From assembly GCA_040285825.1 (NCBI GenBank), contig JAUPSS010000001.1, positions 3,100,001-3,164,000 of the forward strand: a stretch of DNA of 64,000 nt, read 5' to 3'. Made by a program: the position numbers and the translations under genes. The stretch is from Eukaryota sp. TZLM1-RC. Its lineage: Eukaryota; Protista; Metamonada: BaSk clade. Below, one piece after another: positions 57,037 to 64,000 of the stretch (positions are counted from its first letter, which is position 1; each line of letters opens with the position of its first letter). The notes under the pieces are model-generated. The model worked only from the letters and a program-made list of their open reading frames with translations. It had not been told where the DNA came from and did no database searches.

Positions 57037-57310
57037 TTGCAAGCTAGAACTTCAATTCCAGCTGACTCATTCAGAAGAGCTTCTTGTACGTATGCTGATA
57101 GTGCTGCACAGGCAGCTCCAAGGCCCAAGGACTTACCTGACTCAGACGAAATCTGTTCTCTACAAGTCCATTTAAACGAGGAAGTCCAAAAACATCATCC
57201 ACCACATTATCTAAAAAAGTGCCACGTAAGCTTTTTCCAAGCCCTTCAAGTTTACCTTCAATGGCAGAGTTGTTTCCAGATAGGGTTAAGGAATTTCAAA
57301 AAATGGAACT
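57037..57310 (+). pseudogene. Frameshifted partial paralogue of the 41445-42083 gene
   Basis: RRASCTYADSAAQAAPRPKDLPD and PSPSSLPSMAELFPDR occur in different frames. Confidence 0.75.
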
Positions 57311-57322
57311 TGATTTTGATTT

Positions 57323-60300
57323 TTTTACAACTTTTTATTTTTATTCAACAACAAATATGAAATACACAATTAAAACTCCACATCCTCAAAACCTGCCTCC
57401 CCTACATCAAAACAATTAATTGCTAAAGATTCAGAAAATTTCCCAAAAGAAGATAGTGAATCAGAAATAAGTTTTACCATTCCCTTAAAAATAGAAAATA
57501 CAATCCTGTTTTGCCAGTAAACACGATCGAAAATTCTTCCAGTTCTTTCCTTTACAACTACAACAAAATCCTCAAGGAAAGCCATAGCAGCCTTACCTAG
57601 AGATCCAAGCAAAGAAAAAACAAATGGACATAAATTATATTGGGCATGAGAATTTTCATTAACCGAGGAAATGGGTTTCGCATATTTAGCAATTTTATAT
57701 TTTTCGCCTGCAAGAAGGGGATTATTTACATCCGAGTTAATGAGATGTTCGTTAGAGGAATTACAAGGGTCAATAATAGATATGGTGTCCAAAATAGTAA
57801 AACTACCATTTAAACCAGGAACAACTAGATCACCTCTAGTCAGACCCATAGAAGCTCTGTTGTAACGCGTACTATCAATATTGGGATCATCAAGAATTAA
57901 TTTTGATAACAGCGGTTCTTAAAAGGAATCTACTCGATATGATTTGCACATTACATAAATTTGGTCCCTGACGTTATTATGCACTTTGCTTCTAAACGTA
58001 ATGAAATGTTTACAGTTCAAAAGATGAGTAAACAAAAGAGGTTTACCACATTTACAAGTTAAATGATTGGGCAAATTGTTTGGCCACAGAAAACAACGAA
58101 AACGCATGTTTAAAAGCCATTCATTGTTTTTTAACAAAAGTCCATAAACTGAGGGAATTTGAGTTACTAAAGCAGCACCAGAGCTATCACGAATATCCTT
58201 TAAAAAATTACCGAAAGCGGGATTTTTAGTTTTGGCCAAGCCAAGTCTTACTTCATAATCCAAGCCTTCATATAATTGAACCAGATGGTGCTGAAGCTTT
58301 TTCAAGCAAAAACGTAAATTTGGAAGTGATCGGGTGGGAATTTCTTGAACATTTTGAGGAAAACACTGAATCCAGATATCACTAGGCAAATTTTCTAATT
58401 CAAATTGCAGTTGATTCAAGTAAAAATTTGATTCACCATTGATCAGATGAACATCAAAAGGGAACCTTTGGAAAAATTCAGAAACAAAAATTTTACCACC
58501 TCCCAAAAATGCTGCTTTACACAGAATCGAAGATTTGGTGAATCCAATTCCACCCAAATCTGCTGAACAAAATACATGACTTCGAATTAAAGATTCATTT
58601 ACTTCTAATAAAGAAGAAAAAAATTTGACTCGAAGTTTGTTAAAAGATCTGCAAAAATTGAGAGATACCGATGGGGAGTTGACCTTAAAATATGAGTGAA
58701 TTTTCCAGAATAACAAATTTTTAAAATAAAAAATTTGATGTGTTTCTCAATGTCACATTCAGCAATAAAACTAAGATCCTTGTCAAACTTCTCCAATAAA
58801 TTGTTTAACTGGGAATAAATTTCATCCAAATTGCCAAGCCAACATCCAAAAAACTTAAAAGCTTGTTGGTCATAATTGATAAAAGGAATCTGAGCTCCAC
58901 CAATCATCAAAGATTGTTTTTCTCTACCAATCAAGAGACATTTAGATGGGTTCAAAGCTAATCCAATTTCTTTGTATTTCGCCGCAATGTCTTCAGAGAC
59001 CCTAGAAATGCTTTCAAAAGAACCAATAATAGAAATGTCATCCATATAGGCAACAATACGCAAATCAGGGAAATCTTGTTGTGTCATTTTAATAGTATTA
59101 TGAATAGCCAAACAAAACAGCAAAGGGCCGAGAGGATCACCTTGTTTCACACCAGAAGAAGATTCAAGGGTAAAGGAGTCAAATATTAAGTCTGATTTTT
59201 TTCCATAAAATAAATAAAAATATGCAGAAAGTTCAGGAAAATCTTGAAGAAGCACATCAAAAATACAATTACGTTTCACAGAATTGAAAGCATTTCTGAA
59301 ATCCAAATTGAAAATATATTTATGTTGTTGACTATTGAAAAAACATCTGAAGTCATTGAAGCAACAGAAGCACCTTCAATAGTTTTTATAGCAAATTGGA
59401 AAGGCTTCAAATAGTCCCTTGCTTTAGTAGAAATTCTGTTAAAAATAAGCGAAGAAAGCAATCTGGTTAATGACTCTCCAATAGCAATTGGTCTAACTCC
59501 ATCAGGTTTGTCACCTTTACCAGGTTTAACTAAAGCAACTAAACGGGCAGCAGTCAATTCAGGCGGAGGAACATAATTCAAACACATTAAATTTTGAAAA
59601 TAGGAAGCAAGATCCTCAAAAATTTCAGGAGCATTTTTACAGGCAATTTTCAACAAATCAAAGGAAATGCCTGAAGGACCAGCAGCTTTTCCTTTTGGTA
59701 ATTTAGCAACGGCATTCAATACTTCTTGAGCCTGAAATGGATTTTCGAGCCAATATTGACAAATAGAAGGCTTACTGGGGCAAAAATTTTCAGTTGGATG
59801 GAGAAATTCAATTTTTCAACAGTTTCGAGATTGTTATCAGCCAGGTTTCCCGAAAAAATATTTTTTAATCCGCTTCCATATCTACCTCTCAAAAACAATT
59901 TTCTTGCTTGAAAAGATGAATTAGCTTTTCTCTGTTTTGGTTTGTAATTAATTTTCTTCTTATTCTTTTTGGCAAAGAATTTCCAAAATCTTGTTATGTT
60001 CCATTTGTTTAATTTCAATTGCGAAGAAAAAGAACGCATTTCCATTGACATAGGAACAGAACTGGCAGGACTCACCTCTATAGGAATTTTAACAGGTGCA
60101 CGAAGAGAATCACTTGTTTGACAGTCAAAACAAAACAAGAGAGGGCGACCATTAGAAGAATTAGAGAGGAACTTTTTGCAAAAAGGACAATTATGTTTCA
60201 AGACATTATCCGTAGGATCAGGGGCAACAGTTTTTGGTAAATGAGTTTGATCAATATTTAAATCATAATTAACATCATCAGCAGAAACATTGGGAACAGG

Positions 60301-60518
60301 AGGAAGAATCAGTTCGGATGGCGTTTGCAAACTATTAACAATAGAAATATTGGTTTTCAGTCTCATTTTTTCGGTAATAATATCAGAACATTTTCTAATG
60401 TTATGACCAACCTTGCCACATTTGGAACAGGTATGTCTTCTTTTGTGCACTTTTTCAGGCGTAATAACAGGGGCATCACACAAAGGCAAAAAATCTTTTT
60501 TAAAAATTTTCATTTTTT
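57323..60518 (-). mobile_element. TSD-bounded 3.2-kb CRE-like RLE non-LTR retrotransposon (family A), frameshifted
   Basis: N-terminal CSKCGKVGHNIRKC and CPFC/CFDC; RT PKGKAAGPSG, RPIAIGE, DFRNAFNSV, GVKQGDPLGPLLF, AYMDD; CKC..HLLNC..H; RLE RGDLVV..EKYKIAKY; A-rich tail. 13-bp direct repeat ttgattttgattt at 57310-57322 and 60519-60531. Confidence 0.95.
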
Positions 60519-60531
60519 TTGATTTTGATTT

Positions 60532-60630
60532 AGATCAAGATTTTGTAGAGGAAATCTTGGTTCAATGAAAGTCGTCCCATTAGTTATGAGTTAAGTTAAT
60601 TAAGTGTGCAAAATTCAATAAATATATCAT
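60532..60630 (+). mobile_element. Family B 3' stub
   Basis: DQDFVEEILVQ* plus the family B 3' UTR and AATAAA. Confidence 0.8.
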
Positions 60631-60833
60631 TCATTTTGATTATTCCCATTTTTGGAAATATTGGAACAAAAAATGTGTTCAATTTTTGACAGATTGATGT
60701 GTCGAAATTGTGTATCTGAAGGATCAAAAAAACACAATTTTTTGTTGAAAATTCAAATAAAGAAAATTGATTGAAATTAAAAATGATTATGAAACAATAA
60801 TTGGAAATGGCACCTGGTAGGTTTCATGTCACC

Positions 60834-60990
60834 TAGAGTTGCGCACAACTTGACTCGAACTTCGGCTCGAAATTCTCAAATTCTAAACTCCTACTCGATT
60901 CGAACTTGAAATGATCGACTTCAACTTGACTTGAACTCGGACTTGAAAATTTCTGTAGAGTAACAATAGAATCAAGAGTTCAAGCTTTAT
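60834..60990. repeat. Possible DNA transposon terminus with ACT(C/T)GA subterminal repeats (hAT-like)
   Basis: Begins TAGAGTTG, followed by a cluster of actcga/acttga motifs; partner end not found. Confidence 0.35.
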
Positions 60991-61212
60991 TCCAAAACAA
61001 CAAAACACATCACATAGTTATAATCTAACCTGCGCTTTCTTATTGTCAGGAAGAGAGGAGGTGTAAGAAAACCCTTCTGGTAGGGAGTCCAATCCGTGTT
61101 GAAGAGAGCTTCTTTTATTCCACGGAACAAGCATTGATGAAAGTAGATTTTATTCAAGGTAAATACAACTTTGTTCAACATTAAGAGAAATCGCACTCGA
61201 ATTTTCGACTCA

Positions 61213-61403
61213 TGTTGCCAAAGGGCCATGGTTTGGAGATGACACATATGAATAAAGGAGTAATTTATTCCAACGGAAAGCGAGCTATAATGAATTTCAT
61301 CACCGTCACTAGTGGAGTCTCCATGAACGAAAATACGTTGAACTAAAATACAGAAACTTATAGCAAAGTCTAACTACACTCTAAAATAGTGTAAATACTA
61401 ACA
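61213..61403 (-). mobile_element. Divergent solo LTR
   Basis: TG...CA ends; shares gagtaatttatt, gctata.tgaatttca and ctacactctaa..ctaaca with 37993-38172; flanks ctca/ccca (3 of 4 match). Confidence 0.7.
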
Positions 61404-61659
61404 CCCAAGTTTTGCCCATCTTCAGCATTTACCCGTAAAAAAAATTGCCGTGGCACTGAACTAAAACAACGTTATTGTATTGGTTTCTTATCAAATTTTT
61501 TTGATTTACGCCATACTAAATAACACATACTAAATAGACTACTTCTGCAAATACAGTACATGGAATTGATGATTAAAAGTGTCCTTATTGATTTTACAAG
61601 TACTTTGTTTACCCATGTTCAAAAAATTTAGTTATTGATATTTAGATATGTATTGAAAT

Positions 61660-61892
61660 CAGTACAAAAAATGGTGCAAGAAAAATCAATGAAAAGATTT
61701 GATATTTTTTTATGGTGTTCACGGATTCAATTTGTCATTATTAATAGATTACCGCGGTTTTTCAATCGAATTAGAGAAGTTTTAGCTAGACAGCAAGCAG
61801 ATCAAGATTTTGTAGAGGAAACCTTGGTTCAATGATAGTCGTCCCATTAGTTATGAGTTAATTTAATTAAGTGTGCAAATTCAATAAATACA
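61660..61892 (+). mobile_element. Family B 3' fragment
   Basis: QKMVQEKSMKRFDIFLW..DQDFVEETLVQ* and the 3' tail. Confidence 0.88.
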
Positions 61893-62223
61893 AGAATCAG
61901 TACTAAAATTAATTAAAAAAGATAATTAAACAATTTCTTCAACTGTGTGGAGGACAATGACATTGTCAATATTCAGTGTTTACGTGATTAATTGAGTTAC
62001 GCAGTTCACCAAATAAATAATAATAATCTATGTTGTGCTTTGTTCTCAATAGCCTTTGATAAGATCAGTAATGCCAACAGTTACAGTCTAATATTAATAG
62101 ATAATGTTAGTCAGTATCAACAAAACAGTAAGAGAGGATTCAATACTGATCAGACAAGTATTTGTGCCATTGTGTCTCTATAATTAGCTTCCAAGTGATT
62201 TGAATATTCAAACAATCCCACTA

Positions 62224-62324
62224 TGTTGCCATAAGACATATATGCTAGCTGAAAGTGTTAATTTTATTCAACACTAATCTATATAAACTAAGGTACTCAC
62301 TAGTGAGATACCTACAACTAAACA
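62224..62324 (-). mobile_element. Possible very short solo LTR
   Basis: tgttgcca...agacatat...taattttattc...ctaaaca; only a 3-bp flanking repeat (cta). Confidence 0.4.
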
Positions 62325-63324
62325 CTATGTACTTTGGCATCTTGTTTGATTTCCGGTCAATCATCTTTATTTGATGAAAATCATGAATCAAACACAAAAA
62401 CACTTGACGCATTGTACATCAATCATTCATTTTGCAATTGATTGATGTTGATGTTGATCAAGACTGATTAACATTTTCTTGATCAATTACTGATTTCTGC
62501 AACAATATGATTTTATACTTGAAATGTTGTAAATAAATTTTAAGAAGACAAATTGAATAAGACTTGCTGGTCTCATTATCAAACAATGTTGAAGTTAATT
62601 GACATATCTCGAAGTGCTTTCCCTTTTTTCTCAAAATTTAATTAATACAAACAGAAACTAATAAACAAACTTGAAAACCCAAATCAGCCGAAAGGAATTG
62701 ACTGGCAGTTTTTCCTTCATCATAACCAAGAGACAATCAAGCAAAAGACAAAAACGGGACAACATTTTCAAAAATTGAAAACACAATTCAGTTTTGCCAA
62801 AACGTTCTGTCAAAAATTCTTCCTGTACGTTGTTTTACCATCTCAACAAAATCATTCAAGAAGGATAAAGCAAGTGGCTCAAGCGTGCCATGTAGGGAAA
62901 AGCAAATGGACAAAGGACATAAAGAGTATGCGATTCAGTATTCAAGGATAACAATTTGATGGAGCTCAGATTCCTTTTATTAATTATGACCAACAAGCGT
63001 TCAAGTTTCTTCGATGTTGGCTTGGTAATTTGGATGAAATTTATTCAATGTATGAAATATCTGATTAGCAACTGATGGTTCAATGAAGATCCATTTTCAA
63101 AAGACTTAGCACTCAGAACATAAAAAAATTCATACTCTTTGTGAATACAATGATTGTGATTTTGAATGTTGAGCATAACGCTCAACCAATGTAAACAAGA
63201 AAGAAATTTGTACAGTGAAGATTGCTATTCATATCAATTCGGAGACCAATTTTGGTAAATAATTCATTCAAGATTGCTATTTGAATTGAAGAAGAATTTG
63301 TTTTAAAAATTTGAATTCCAATCT

Positions 63325-64000
63325 ATGCGGGGCAACACTCCTATCAAGGTCTCTCCTCAACTTAAAGGTATCCTTGGTGAACTCTGTGTGAAAGCTATAG
63401 AGAATGTTGATGATTCAATTCGTTCAGATGTTGTCAAACTTCTTAAACTAGTTCAAAAAGCACATTGGGACTACATGGATAACTACTGGCCTAAACACAA
63501 GAATCTTCCACCTTTGACAAGGTTCTTCCAATTCGCTAAAACCAGTATAGTTCTTCATCTTTTCTTCTCACTCCAGTTCATACCGTGTCACCGACACTAC
63601 AACAATGCATCACCAATTGGGACAAAGCTCAGAAGAAATGGGCTCACTATAATGCCAATTGTGCCCGAGTAAAGCTGATACTCCTCAACCAAGAGAGAAG
63701 TCGTTTTCTCATGGTCAAGTCAACCAGAGGCAATCCCGACTTTGTTGGTGGCAAACTAAATGAAGAAGAAACTCCCATAGACTGTATTATAAGAGAAGCC
63801 GAAGAAGAACTTGGTGTTGATGTTGCGCCTTTCATGTCGGAGGACCGTCATCATGAACATAACGACAATCACTTTTTCATAGGTCTTGATTTTGATGAAT
63901 CGACTCATTTATCTCCCATTACGAAGGGCGAAATTTCAGGGTATGAATGGGTTGAGGTTTCCAAGCTTCCTCAATTCATCGTTCAACCTCCCAGGAATGC
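63325..64000 (+). CDS. DCP2: mRNA decapping enzyme Dcp2-like, 3'-partial (32-nt intron 63545-63576)
   Basis: Box A-like VQKAHWDYMD..LP.L..F..FAK. After splicing GTATAG...CTCCAG the frame continues to the Nudix box GKLNEEETPIDCIIREAEEELGV and KGEISGYEW. Confidence 0.82.

Overview
AT-rich eukaryotic DNA, most likely from a flagellated protist. Evidence: tiny 29-32 nt GT-AG introns; Rictor, UTP6, EXO1, Dcp2, RINT1 and C11orf65 homologues; tRNA genes without encoded CCA. Compact housekeeping genes are interleaved with dense transposon debris. This includes at least four families of RLE-type (mostly CRE-like) non-LTR retrotransposons, one of them a TSD-bounded 3.2-kb copy. There is also a complete 7.35-kb Ty3/gypsy chromovirus-like LTR element with related solo LTRs, and an internally deleted MULE with a 9-bp TSD. 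Three divergent, degenerate Fanzor (eukaryotic TnpB-like RNA-guided nuclease) genes are present. The most striking observation concerns the Fanzor ending at 18070: the LTR element landed inside a structured sequence just downstream of it. Removing the element in silico rejoins two pieces 7.35 kb apart into a multi-hairpin RNA on the Fanzor strand, a candidate omegaRNA. Other notable items are a four-copy 1.6-kb tandem array of a secreted Cys/Trp-motif protein with clustered CTACAG-type upstream motifs, a TM-LRR-RRM-like-RING gene, a prokaryote-type YdjM-family hydrolase and PNRC/Edc1-like motif genes. All calls are by-eye motif recognition; no searches or folding programs were run. Family labels A-D and Fanzor A-C are my own.
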